Shown here one piece after another: positions 28,735 to 40,800 of a stretch of 50,390 nucleotides of DNA. Source of the stretch: Trichomonas gallinae (taxonomy: Eukaryota); the NCBI GenBank assembly GCA_008369845.1, contig MRSU01005260.1, positions 1 through 50,390 on the forward strand, given 5' to 3'. The number at the start of each line of letters is the position of its first letter. Positions within the stretch are counted from its first letter, which is position 1. Made by a program: the position numbers and the translations under genes. Below the pieces are notes generated by a model, which saw only the letters and a list, made by a program, of their open reading frames with translations, was not told where the DNA came from and searched no databases.

Positions 28735-29688
28735 TTACAATAAAATGAATACATATAAAGGAACGTAATTGAGTATTGATAACAAATGAATATTAGCTTC
28801 ACAAGTTAGAACATAAGGGAACGATACATGAATTGGGCATAAAAGAATGCCAAGAAAAGATGGCTCGGTTATGTTGATAATTTTATTAAATCTAATGTTT
28901 CCCGTGTAATTAAAACCATTGGATGAATCTATATAACAATGAGAAATTGTAGCACTCAAACCTTGATCTGCTTTGAATAAAAATTGAGAATTTTGACAAA
29001 ATGCGCAATTATTGGTATTATATATTCCAACTCTTTTATAAAAGTAAAGGACCGGCATTTCTGGCTTTGAAACATTGACTTTAATGACATTGCAAAATGA
29101 TAATCTATTAATACCGAAATCAAAATGAAGACTATCATCAGAACTATTAAGATTAACAAAATTGCTTAATGTGACTTGAGAAGTATAGTGATTTGCTATA
29201 ACGAACGAAGTAATCCAACGACATTGACAATCAGTGACATTATTTGACTTCAGTCTAATTTGCCCATATAGAAATCTCAGTGTGTGATGGTATCTTTCAT
29301 TATAAATATTTGTTATTGAAGATGAAATTAAATAATTTTTTGAAAACTCTGAATTTGTTACGCTTATTTGTGAGTGATGGCCATAATCACAAAAATGAAG
29401 ACATCTTTCTGAATATATTTTGTTTTGAACTATTTGTCCTTGTCCATAGAACAAAATTGCTCCACCACCTTCACCAATACGTGTGCAATTGCTGAATTTG
29501 CAATCGTTGATTAACATCTTTGATGTATTTTCTGATGATTTGCATGTTATAGCACCATATTGAGATATATCAATGAATTGCACATTATTAATCAAATATT
29601 GGCCACCATCAATGGAATTTAAACTAGTTTCATTATTTTCAACGGTATCTGATGGTGATGAATCATACCATAGACTCCATTGACTCAT
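28735..29688 (-). CDS. Asn/Ser/Cys-rich putative beta-helix surface-family protein
   Basis: 317 aa ORF with FSNC...GGGAI (Pmp-like FxxN/GGAI flavour), repeated I..C.F motifs and a hydrophobic C-terminal tail. Confidence 0.6.
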   Translation of the reverse strand: MSQWSLWYDSSPSDTVENNETSLNSIDGGQYLINNVQFIDISQYGAITCKSSENTSKMLINDCKFSNCTRIGEGGGAILFYGQGQIVQNKIYSERCLHFCDYGHHSQISVTNSEFSKNYLISSSITNIYNERYHHTLRFLYGQIRLKSNNVTDCQCRWITSFVIANHYTSQVTLSNFVNLNSSDDSLHFDFGINRLSFCNVIKVNVSKPEMPVLYFYKRVGIYNTNNCAFCQNSQFLFKADQGLSATISHCYIDSSNGFNYTGNIRFNKIINITEPSFLGILLCPIHVSFPYVLTCEANIHLLSILNYVPLYVFILL

Positions 29689-30136
29689 TGCCTATGCATA
29701 TTCTATGATTCTGAAATCATTTGACATCCTATTCATTTGTTCCTGACATGTAAATAATTTTGAAAGGCTCTTAGTGGATGAAAAATCAATGCGGCAATAG
29801 ATTTCTTTATTTGTTGTCACACAAATCCATTAAAAATTTTAATAATTTTATTGAAACATCATGCAAATCAATAATAATTAGACGCATTTCAGGTGTGTTG
29901 GGTTTGTATTGTTATATCTTGCGAGTAATATTGTACAAGGCATAGAACTTCCCTAAAAAATAAGAAATATTGAAAAATAATTGGGAGTTTTCTATTGAAA
30001 TGTATATGATATGCATTGTCTGGTATTAAAAATTAATAATCGTTTCGAGATAATTTTCAAAACTAAAAACCCAAAGAGAAAAATTGATATGAAAAATATT
30101 AATTTTTGTCATGTAAATTAAAATTTTCGCCAAAAT

Positions 30137-31021
30137 ATGATTTACATAATATGTTATTTTGATTTAGCAGAAAAAGTTAATGGAAATAGACTATTAAAAG
30201 AAATAAAAGGGGTGAAAGACCTATCATGGATTGCTGGTGAAAATGATCGCTTCAGAAGCCTTACATTTAAAGATGCAAAAGTTTTATCTGGTAACGCGCA
30301 CAAACTACGACCTGATACTATTCCTCTCGCAAAACCACCAAAAATAAACATCTCAATACCAATGTCATACAACTTTACAGAACGATTTCCACAATGTGAT
30401 TTTGGAGTTCTCGATCAAGGCAAGTGTGGATCGTGTTGGTCATTTGCTGTTACAAAATCATTCTCACATAGATATTGCAAAAAGTATAACAAACAAGTTT
30501 TATTTTCTCAAAGCCATTTAGTAGCTTGCGACAGAAGAAACTCAGGGTGTGGCGGTGGAATCAATGTCGCAGCATGGAGGTACATTGATCTTCGCGGACT
30601 TCCATTGGATTCCTGTCAGCCTTATGATGGAAATATAACAAAATACAATTGCAGTCGTCAATGTGTAAATGAAAACGAGACATATACTCCACATTACACA
30701 GAATACTGGTCTGTCGCCCGTTATCCCTCAATTCCAGAAATTCAATATAGCATAATGACTGAAGGACCAGTCACTACAGCACTTAAAGTATATTCAGACC
30801 TCATGTATTATAAAAGTGGTATATATTCGCATGCAAAAGGTGATTTTCTAGGTTATCATGCTGTTGAGATAACTGGCTGGGGAATTAAAGACGGCATTGA
30901 TTATTGGATAGTCTCTAACTCATGGAATACAACATGGGGCATGAATGGCATGTTTTTAATTAAACGAGGTGTTAATGAGTGCAATATCGAAGATTATGTT
31001 TGTGCAGGTCGTGTCAAATAG
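30137..31021 (+). CDS. Papain-family (C1A) cathepsin B-like cysteine protease
   Basis: DQGKCGSCWSF, GCGGG, YHAV, NSWNTTWG, FLIKRGVNECNIE; propeptide SWIAGENDRF; no occluding loop. Confidence 0.93.
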   Translation: MIYIICYFDLAEKVNGNRLLKEIKGVKDLSWIAGENDRFRSLTFKDAKVLSGNAHKLRPDTIPLAKPPKINISIPMSYNFTERFPQCDFGVLDQGKCGSCWSFAVTKSFSHRYCKKYNKQVLFSQSHLVACDRRNSGCGGGINVAAWRYIDLRGLPLDSCQPYDGNITKYNCSRQCVNENETYTPHYTEYWSVARYPSIPEIQYSIMTEGPVTTALKVYSDLMYYKSGIYSHAKGDFLGYHAVEITGWGIKDGIDYWIVSNSWNTTWGMNGMFLIKRGVNECNIEDYVCAGRVK

Positions 31022-31746
31022 ATTTTCACTTATACTATGTTTGTATTATTAATAATTTAACCATGTACTTTAAAATATCTTACATTTTTTAATATTTTTG
31101 TACAATTGAGTATAAATCACATATCATGATATGCTCCATAATGATCAGAACCTTATCATTCAAATATATAATTCCAATTTTTATAACAAATTAATATTAC
31201 TCGAATTAGCAATTCATTTTCTCTATATCTTGCTATATTGTATCCATTCGAGTTGAATGTATCAATGATGATGTAAATATTCTAAATTAAAAAAAATACA
31301 ATTATATATCTTATAAATTCTATATAGAAGATAACATAAGTAGAATGCATAACGCCTTGATCACATTGGAATTAAGATATATTTCCTATATGTTATGATG
31401 TTGTTTATTCGACCTATTTGCCAATAACGAAATGTTTGAAAAAAATCATTACCGAATAATAAGGTTATGATAAGTGGCAGGGATATTTATCGATAACAGC
31501 ATGTAAAAATGATGCAAAATGCATCTATACAGTGTATGTGTCTATTTTATCAGAACCATTTTTCTCTACAACAAAAACAATCAATGTTGAACCACTTTTC
31601 TTTGTCAAGATTTGTTTCACTTATCGCATGATTAAAATAGTAGTCCTTGTAGCATTGTTTATAATGTTAGTCATTGGTTTTTCTACAGATTTCCATTCAA
31701 TTTTGAAAATGCATCAGAATTCAATCGTCCGCTTCATTTCTCGATT

Positions 31747-32271
31747 ATGCCTTCAAAGATTCTAATCCTTGATGCTGGTTTCCCATCTGAAATAAGCAAG
31801 GGAAAGCTTAACGAGTCACTCGCAGTCGATGCAAAGGAGTATCTTGAAAAGAAAGGACATGAAGTCAAGATTACACATATGGCTCAGGGATATGATATAA
31901 TGGAAGAAGTACAAAAGATTGCTGATGCTGACACTGTAATCCTTCAGACACCAACATGGTGGACAGGCCTTCCATGGGGAGCAAAGAAATATATTGATGA
32001 AGTTATGACCGTAGGCATGCCAAAGTTCCAACCTGGCAAGAAGATCATGATATCAGCTACATTCAACGCATTAAAGGAAACATTAGATGATCCAACAAAA
32101 CTTTTGGAAGGAAAAGGCGCTGAAGCGATTTGGTTCCCAGTTTACAAGACATTTGAGTTCTGTGCTTTCAAGAAACTCCCATTGATTACTTTCCACGATT
32201 GCATCAAAAATGCAGATTTCGCTAAATTCACAGAAGCATTTCATTCTCACCTTGACAAATACGTTGAGTAA
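31747..32271 (+). CDS. mdaB: Flavodoxin-like NAD(P)H:quinone oxidoreductase, MdaB type
   Basis: SKGKLNESL, YDIMEEVQKIADADTVILQTPTWWTGLPWGAKKYIDEV, FHDCIKN; colinear with bacterial MdaB; TCATTT initiator at 31734. Confidence 0.85.
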   Translation: MPSKILILDAGFPSEISKGKLNESLAVDAKEYLEKKGHEVKITHMAQGYDIMEEVQKIADADTVILQTPTWWTGLPWGAKKYIDEVMTVGMPKFQPGKKIMISATFNALKETLDDPTKLLEGKGAEAIWFPVYKTFEFCAFKKLPLITFHDCIKNADFAKFTEAFHSHLDKYVE

Positions 32272-32670
32272 ATATTAAACATATAGATATATCAAATGAA
32301 AATAGTATTTTTCGTTATTATAAGCTGAAATATTAATTTTAAACTAATATTATACAATTGTATTTCAAGAAGCAAACTATGAGGAGTTTAAAACAAAATA
32401 ATATATATGATAATGTGTTTAGCTATCATAATGGATTTGTATATTTCAAATCTAATTTCTTTCAAAACTAAATCATATGCGCGTAAAAATAAAGATATTT
32501 TCATATATTTGTACCATTTCACATGTATTTTTAGCTGATAATCGATTAAAATTATTTCCAACAAAAATAATATTCAAATTCAAGACTTCAAATTAAAAAT
32601 TTAGAATAATTCTATACTAGTTTGTTTAGATTTCAGTGTTATTTGAAAAAGATTTTGAAACAAAAAAAAA

Positions 32671-34341
32671 ATGTTTTTGTTACTCAAACTTTCTTCCTGT
32701 TCAGTTTATCTGAACGATTTCGATAGTATACGCATATATACATCAAGATTAATATCACCATTTAGTCAAAACCAAGTTTATGAGTCCACAAGCTTACATC
32801 ATTGTATGCATCTCAGCAATCTCGTTGCTGCTCCAAAAACAAAGAGTATAGCAGATATTTTTACATATAATACATATCATCAAACACATCATTCACTCGA
32901 ATTTGATATAAATCATTATAAATCGGAAATTTGTAACACCTCATTCATTGAATCTGATGTTGATAAATACACAAAATTCATCGAAGGAAACTATTACCAA
33001 GAATATGACATAGAAGACTATCCTTTTTGGGTAAAGCTCGGATATTGTGAAGAAAAACACTGCTATATTTACACGCATTTAGAATTCAACTGCTATGAAT
33101 ATAACAACTTTTTGATAAATTGCAATGCTACTGAATCAGAACCTCGGAAATTGAAAACTGGACCAATTCATTTCACTTATAATGTGACTTGGATATCATC
33201 ATATGTGCACACCCCAAATCCTTATCCTAATAGTTCAATTTTCATTATTAACTCACAAATTAAATTATTATTCATTTTATTCGTAATTCTAACAGCATTA
33301 GCAATCCTAATTATTGTTTATATGAAAAAATTCTTTAGGAAAGATAGAAAAACAAGAAGAGCAGACGAAATCTTTGAAAATGAAGATGATGGATTTACAG
33401 CACGAGCTTTGCAAGAAGCAACTTCGCCTCCTGAAAAATCAGACATATTAGCAGCCTTTTCTGGCTTTGGAATTCATATATTTCTATCGTCATTCATCTT
33501 TTTCTACATGAGCACAAAAGATTCGTTTTACTCGAACGGAATTCCACTTTTCATCACATACATAGCAACATATGTCGCTACAGCTCCAATTGCAGGCTTT
33601 TGTGATGCCGCAATGTCTGCTCTATTTGATTCCAGAGATTGGAAATTCCTTTCTGCTCTTCAAGTTTCAATCGGATTTGTTATTTGCTTCACTGTTGTTA
33701 CATTTTATTTGGCGCCAACTTTGATAACGAAAATCATTTCAACGGAAACACTTTTGACATTTCCTATACTTCTTGAAATCACTCTAGTTTTCTACACACC
33801 GCTGACAATGGCCGGCCACTACCTTTGTCATATCATCCGTCCTTTTAGCTTACTACAAAATCCACCGAAGAGAAAAATTCCTCGCGTTGAAATAATTCCT
33901 ATATATGCAAATAAGTATTTGATTGGCTCTTTGTATTTCATTCTTCTATTTGTTATGTTCAAGTCCGATTTTTATCTGATTTGTTTTGCTTTCTCTGAGC
34001 ATCAGTTTTATGACGCATTCAAATTCTTGTTTGTTTTCCTTCTCACTTTTACATTGCTTGCATTCTTCTTTGGAATTGCTTACACGTCATTCATGTTGAG
34101 GTGCAATATCTACAAATGGCATTGGAAAGTTTGCGTTGCTTCAGTGTTGCCTGGTTTCTTTTTCTTCTTTTACTTGTTCGTTGAGATAATCAAGAAAGAT
34201 GAATCAGTCTTAATGAAAATTCATTATCTGTCTTACGCTTTATTCATTTGTTCGTCCTTGATGCTGCTTGGATCTGGAATAAGCTATATTTCTTCAAATC
34301 TGTTTATCCATCTTATTTTCTCAAGCGGAAAGACAGAATAA
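32671..34341 (+). CDS. Nonaspanin TM9SF/EMP70 family protein
   Basis: Signal peptide, luminal YIYTHLEF and FTYNVTW motifs, ~9 TM helices, YKWHWK, cytosolic tail IFSSGKTE. Confidence 0.85.
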   Translation: MFLLLKLSSCSVYLNDFDSIRIYTSRLISPFSQNQVYESTSLHHCMHLSNLVAAPKTKSIADIFTYNTYHQTHHSLEFDINHYKSEICNTSFIESDVDKYTKFIEGNYYQEYDIEDYPFWVKLGYCEEKHCYIYTHLEFNCYEYNNFLINCNATESEPRKLKTGPIHFTYNVTWISSYVHTPNPYPNSSIFIINSQIKLLFILFVILTALAILIIVYMKKFFRKDRKTRRADEIFENEDDGFTARALQEATSPPEKSDILAAFSGFGIHIFLSSFIFFYMSTKDSFYSNGIPLFITYIATYVATAPIAGFCDAAMSALFDSRDWKFLSALQVSIGFVICFTVVTFYLAPTLITKIISTETLLTFPILLEITLVFYTPLTMAGHYLCHIIRPFSLLQNPPKRKIPRVEIIPIYANKYLIGSLYFILLFVMFKSDFYLICFAFSEHQFYDAFKFLFVFLLTFTLLAFFFGIAYTSFMLRCNIYKWHWKVCVASVLPGFFFFFYLFVEIIKKDESVLMKIHYLSYALFICSSLMLLGSGISYISSNLFIHLIFSSGKTE

Positions 34342-34802
34342 TTTTGTATTGTTTGTTTGTTTATTAAATATTTGATATTAATTCGATTTATTTGCAAAAT
34401 TTCACGATAAATAAATCACTGTCTCAAATTCACTTGTCTGTTTATAGATTCTAAAATTCAATAATTTTATTCATGAAATTTCGAAAATTTGAAGCATCAT
34501 ATGGTTACGTTCGAATATTATTCCTCAAATGCAATCACTTATTATCATTAAATTCTATAAAAATTAATTTGTTTTTTGATTATTAATCGAAAAGATAGCA
34601 TTTTTGTATATGAAAACTATATATTAGATATTGTATATTTGGAAAAAAGTATATAAATGATGTAAAAATCAAATTGATTTAATTTGGAAATAAATAATGA
34701 GATTTGAAGAATTTTGATTTGAAAATTAATGTTTATATTGTATAATGTATATGAATCTATGCTTATCTCACAAAAATCTGTTATAAAATCTATCATTGAA
34801 AA

Positions 34803-37800
34803 ATGACGCAGAGAGGGCGTCAGTCTCAACAAGCAAATGATCTTAGGGCTAGATTGGTTCCTAAACAACCAGTTGTAGCTCCCCAGGTCACTCTCAAAGG
34901 CGCATTAAATCCTCTCGCAAAATCCCAAAAACATTCTCACCAAATTGCAACTGCACTGCCTCCTTTACCGGATCCACCTGTAAAAGAGACTGTTGCAGAG
35001 CTCAAAAAAGAAGTCGAAAATGAAGCAACACAATACGAAAGCATTATTGATCAATTCAAAACTCCTTTCGAATTCATTGATTACGCGAAAAAGCATAATC
35101 TCAAGAAAGAATATGTATTTCTTCGAAGTACTGGTGAAATTGAAACAGCAGAACTTCCAACAAATCTTGTTCCTCTTCCTAGAGCCAACGTTGATACGAA
35201 ACAAAGAGAAGTTTGGACGCTATCTCTTGAAGGATTAACGCATATACGAAATGGAGATGTAGATTTCATACCATTAGAATCTTGGTTAAATTCAATTGAA
35301 AAATTCAAGCGTTTACTACAAATTCCTTTCTTTAAAAAGCATCGTGAATGGAAATTCTTTTCACTTTGGAAACGTGGAGTCCAATGCACAAAAGTTTCAA
35401 ATTCACTTCAAAGAATCAACGCAGATTTCTTCTTTGCCAATCAAACACTTAGAAATTCTTTCTTACAAGTGCGTGCAGCATTGAATGAATTACAAAGAAC
35501 AAAGCTTTTCTCGTTAAGATCTGATGGTGCATATACACTACAACAATTCATCGACGAAAATTCGGAATATAGGCAGACGGTGACATCAACATTTGAATCG
35601 TATTATAAAAAGATTACAAAAATTGTGCAAGAAGCTTGCGAAAGGTCATTAGATGAACTTACAAGTCCAGAAAGATTTCAAAACGCAAAGAAAGGCGCTA
35701 GGCCACTAGATATGATGATAGAGCACTATAAAAGCCAAAAAGCAAAGCCAGCTGGTCATGGTGGACGAAATTTAGCTGAGATGAGTTATACGCAAAAGGC
35801 ATCTTACAAAGCATTATGTTTTAAGTTGGTTAGATTTATTAAGTTAGTTGATTATCACGTTATTGGCTGTCTTAGATATGTTTGCTTTACATCATTACTC
35901 GAACTATATAGTATATTCAGGCATTTGTACAATGTCGGTGCTGCTAAAACAGGTTTCGAAAACGAAGTTGGTCCAATTAAAGATCTTAGTCTTTCACCGG
36001 AATTCGTCCGTGTCTACGAAATAATTAAAGGCAGAATAAGTGAAGTTTACCACTCTCCTATTTTCCGAATTGACTTTTCTTTCACTAATGATCAGCTTAT
36101 CTACAGTCCAGGTGATAACGAAATCATTGATTTAATCGGACAGGTAAGAAATGACTTCATTGATGTAATTTTCAAATTCCCGCGTCTTATCGTTAACCCA
36201 ATATTTGCTCCACTTCACAACGCAGACACAGATGATGCATTGTTCAATCCAGAGTCCATCAATGTCCCAGATCTCGGTCAAATACTATTCAACGATGAAT
36301 TATTCAAAGAAACAAGCACAAACCAGAATGCAATGATTATCTCATCCATCAGCATGCTCAACTTCTTCACGAAGAACTTCGACAGTGCAATAAAGGTCTT
36401 CAGAGAAAACGAAAACTTCGATATTTCCTTCATGAACGATGATGCCACAACAGCCAGCGACATCAAGTCTCACATCAACGACATCCGCGACCAGGAGAAG
36501 CTCATGAAATCTATCGCAGAGAAAAGCGATGTTGGTTTATTATGCGTATACACACAAAAGATGCGCTCACTGTTTATAACATCGCCAGGAAAGTGCATGC
36601 AAATGGTCAGAGTTGAAATACCAACAATCACGAAGAGGAATTTGACTAAGCTCGAAGCAAATATTCATCGCGCATTCACTTCACTCACAGCAGAAATTAC
36701 AGACGTCAAAACTTATGTTGATTATATCTTAGCTGTCGAAAAGTATAACGAAGAAGTGAAGAGTTTGAAGGCTCACATGGATCTCATCAAAGAGTTCTTC
36801 AAACTCGCAACAGATCAAGCCGCTTATATCCCAACAGATATGGAGAACGAGTTCTCAGAGTTGCAGCCAATCTTAGATGAAATCAAGACGAATCTCATCG
36901 GATCAAGAGATAAAATGGATGAGCTTTCTAGAAGATTCGTCACAGAGCTTGAGAAGAACGTTGATGATCTGCACTCGCGTGTTCGTGTTCTTCAGGAATT
37001 GGCTAACACCCCTGAATTGCACAACATCGAAACACATCACAAACAAATCGCGAGAATTTTCGTCGTCTTGATTGCGAAGACGGATGAAATCAAGAAACTC
37101 GCGGACGACTACGACTTCTATCAGCGCAAGATTGGAGTACAAGGCTTCAAGTTCAACGATGTCAACGATCTCGTTAAAGATGTTAAGTACAAGCAGCTTC
37201 TCTGGGAAACTCTTTCAGAGTGGCGTGTTAGCACCGCAACATGGTACGAGATGGACTTCACGACTGTCGACGTTGATAAGATTGCCGCTGAGATTGAAGG
37301 ATATCATGCAAGTGCAATGGAGGCTTTAAAGAATTTGCCTGGCAATGCTGTTTGTGAAGAATTCATGGGCATGATAGAAGACTTCAAGAACTTGTTGCCT
37401 GTCATCAAAGATCTCAACAACAAGGCCCTCAAAGACGAGCACAAGGAAAGAATCGACACACTTATTGGCGGAAAAGTCTTCGAAAAAGGTTTATACAAGA
37501 TCAAATATTTGTACGATTTGCAGGCATTCAACCTCGCGAAAGATATTGCGCATGTCACAGAACAAGCATCCAACGAGCAGACACTTCTCGATCACCTTCA
37601 CAGCGTCAAAGATACAATCGACAATATGCAGTTCAATCTCACAACTGGACCAAACCTCAAAGTCTTCTTCGGAGGAATCGAAGACATTTTGTTCTCAATC
37701 GAAGACGTCAAAGCAACAATTGCGACAGTCAGATCATCCCACTATGTCTCCACATTGCGAGCAAGTGCAGATGAATGGGTGAGATCACTTTCTGCTTTCG

Positions 37801-40800
37801 AAAAAGCTGTTAGAAAACTCGACCGTGCACAAAAACTTTGGGACTTCATTTCTGGAATTCTTCATAGTACTGATACACTCAGACAAGTTCCGAACTCAAA
37901 GGATATTACTACACTCGAAAAGCTGTGGAAGGGTTTGTACGTCAGAGCGAAAGATGATCCGAATGCATTCAAAGTTTGCATGTCAAATCAAACACTTCCT
38001 GACTTAGATCAAGCGATTGAACTCCTCGAAAAGACTCAAGCAAGTATAATAGAAGCTTTAGAGACAAAGCGTGCAGTATTCCCAAGATTGTACTTCATTT
38101 CAGACGAGCAACTTCTCAAACTTATCGCGATGCAGAAAGAGCCATTCTCCATCAAACAATATCTACCATTCTTCTTCGATGGAATCGCAAATTATTATAT
38201 CGAAACAGAAAACCACGTTCCATTCATTTCGGCTGTTTTGTCGGCAGAAGGTGAAGTTCTTAAACTGACGCAAGTCAAGTACAGATCAAATGTTGAAGCC
38301 TGGCTGCAGAACCTCGATGAAATTTCAAAGAGATCTCTCAGATTCGAGTTCAAGAATGATGATTCTAAATATCACGAAATGGTTCATGAAGGATGGATTG
38401 CAAATTCTCTTGCGCAAAGTGGCTTCGTTCTTTCTCAAGTATACTTCACTGAATCAATTGAATTGGCTTTCACAACAGAAACGCCACTTAAGAGCATCAC
38501 AAACTTAAAGAACGAGACACAAGCAAGAATCGATTTGTTCTCCAATTTGATGAGAACGAAACTCGAGCCTCTCGAATTCAAAAAATTCACAAACTACATA
38601 ATGCTTTTGTGCAGACAGAGAGATCTACTCAATTCCATTCTCGCCAAGCAAATCTTCGATGCCAATTCGTGGTTCTGGATCTCCAAGATCAAATTCAAAT
38701 TCGATGAAAACAAGAAGGATATTTTAGTTACACAAGGCGACTTTTGCATGCGATACGGCTTCGAATTCAGCGGAACAGCACCAAGAATGCCTATCACTCC
38801 TGATACAGCGCAAATATTTAACTACATCACAGTTGCTCTTAACTCGAAACTTCCTGTTTTGCTCAGCGGTCCTCCCGATGTCGGTAAAAACTCTCTCATC
38901 ACAGAGATCGCAAGAATGTTCGGCATATTTAGTGTCCAGTTCTATTGCGATCCAGGTCTCAAGATCTACCAGATTGCAAATGCCTGCAGAGGTGTTATTC
39001 ACTCAGGTGTTTGGGGAGCTTTCATTGATATCGACAGACTTAGTGAAGAGGCTCTTTCAGTCATCAGCGAAAATCTTATTAACTACAGAGACAGCAATTT
39101 CTCTGGCATCAAGAAGTTCAACTTCCATGGCGTCGAAATCCCAATCAATCCATCGTCAGCGTTCTTCGCTACAACAACCTCAGGAACAAGGAATCACACT
39201 GCACTTCCTTCGAACTTCAGATCGCTCTTCAGAATCATCAACCTGCCAAGCATAGACATGGTCAACTACATCAGCATCAAACTCTTATCAATCGGTATTC
39301 CAAACTCACAGGAAATAGCTCAAAAGATAAAGAAGCTATTACACACTTATTCGCTTTATGCAGCAATGAAGACAGAGAAGCAGATTTTCAACATCTCATT
39401 CGAATACATGAAAGAAATGTCAGTAGAAGAACCTGAAATGGACGAACAAAAACTTGTCGTTTTCGCGTTGAATCATTACGCGGAAAGATATCTAAGAAGT
39501 GACTTGAAAGTTATCTTTGAAAACTTGATCAAAGAAAACTTCCCGAATGTCGAAGTATTAGTTGAAGAACTTAATTCAGATTACCTCAAAATGGTTAGGT
39601 TCTGCATCCAGAATCTCGGACTCACTTGCACTGATGAACTTTGTGAAAAAGTCTTGCACGTTAATGATGTCGTTACACATCACAAAGCAATTATTTTTGT
39701 TGGTGATTCTGATTCAGGCAAATCAACGATGATCAATGTTCTCATTGAGCTCCACAAGATGCTCTCGTATTCCAACCGTGGAGTTCCACCTGTTGAAGTC
39801 CACAGGATCTTCCCGAACTCATTTGAAAATCAAGATTTGATCGGTTATTATGATGACAAGACGAACAAAGCAAATATCGGAAGAATCGAGATGGAATCAA
39901 TTGCTGGAGATCCAGTGAACCAGCAGTGGTTTGTCTTTGATGGTTTGATCTTGCCATTATGGATGGAGAGCTTCAATACGGCAATTTCTTACGGCGGAAC
40001 AATTTTGTTCCCAAGTGGTATGAGAGTTCCTCGCCACGACTCGACGAGATTAATTTTCGAGTCGAGAACTATATCATACGCTTCTCCAGCAACACTTGTT
40101 AGATGTGCTGTCATCAACTTCAAGCAAGATTTCGTTGAGCCAAATCAAGTCATCGAAGCATTGACACTTAAATACATTGAACCGCTTTTCAAGAAAGACA
40201 CCCAAAAGATGCAACTCGCGAAGTTCAAAGAGCTTTGCGAGACATCAATCAAAGTCGCTTTCAACTACTACACAGAGCTATTTGAAGCTAAGCCACTCCA
40301 TGTTACATTCCTTTGCTGCATTAGAACATTCTTCAAGCTCATTTCGTCTTTGATATCAGAAGAAGAGTTCCATGATGAAAACGGAACACATAACCTCACG
40401 ATTTTCTTCGTTTTCGCTTTCATTTGGGGATTTGGTGGATTCATGGACAACAACCAGAGAAACATTTTCGATACAATTGTTCGTGATACATTTAATAACA
40501 TTGTTGTTATCCCTGTCCGTGGACTTGTCTTCGATTGGTTCGTCCAGAAAGTTGAACCAGAATATCAATGGGCTTCATGGGCAGACAGTGTTCCTAAATT
40601 CGTCGACATTGCTCCAGCTGATATCGAAATCAATCCTGCAACAGTTAAAGCATATAATGTGATTGTTCCAACACTTGAAACTGAGCGCACAAAGCACCTG
40701 ATTAAGCTGTTAGTTAAAGGCAAACATGATGTTTTATTGAGCGGTGAACCAGGCATCGGCAAATCTTTGCTGATTAATACTTTGTTACAGGATCTAGAAA

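Noticed and set aside
31532..31765. 77-aa hydrophobic ORF upstream of MdaB
   Set aside because: GTG start, overlaps the MdaB promoter and start, T-rich composition explains the hydrophobicity.
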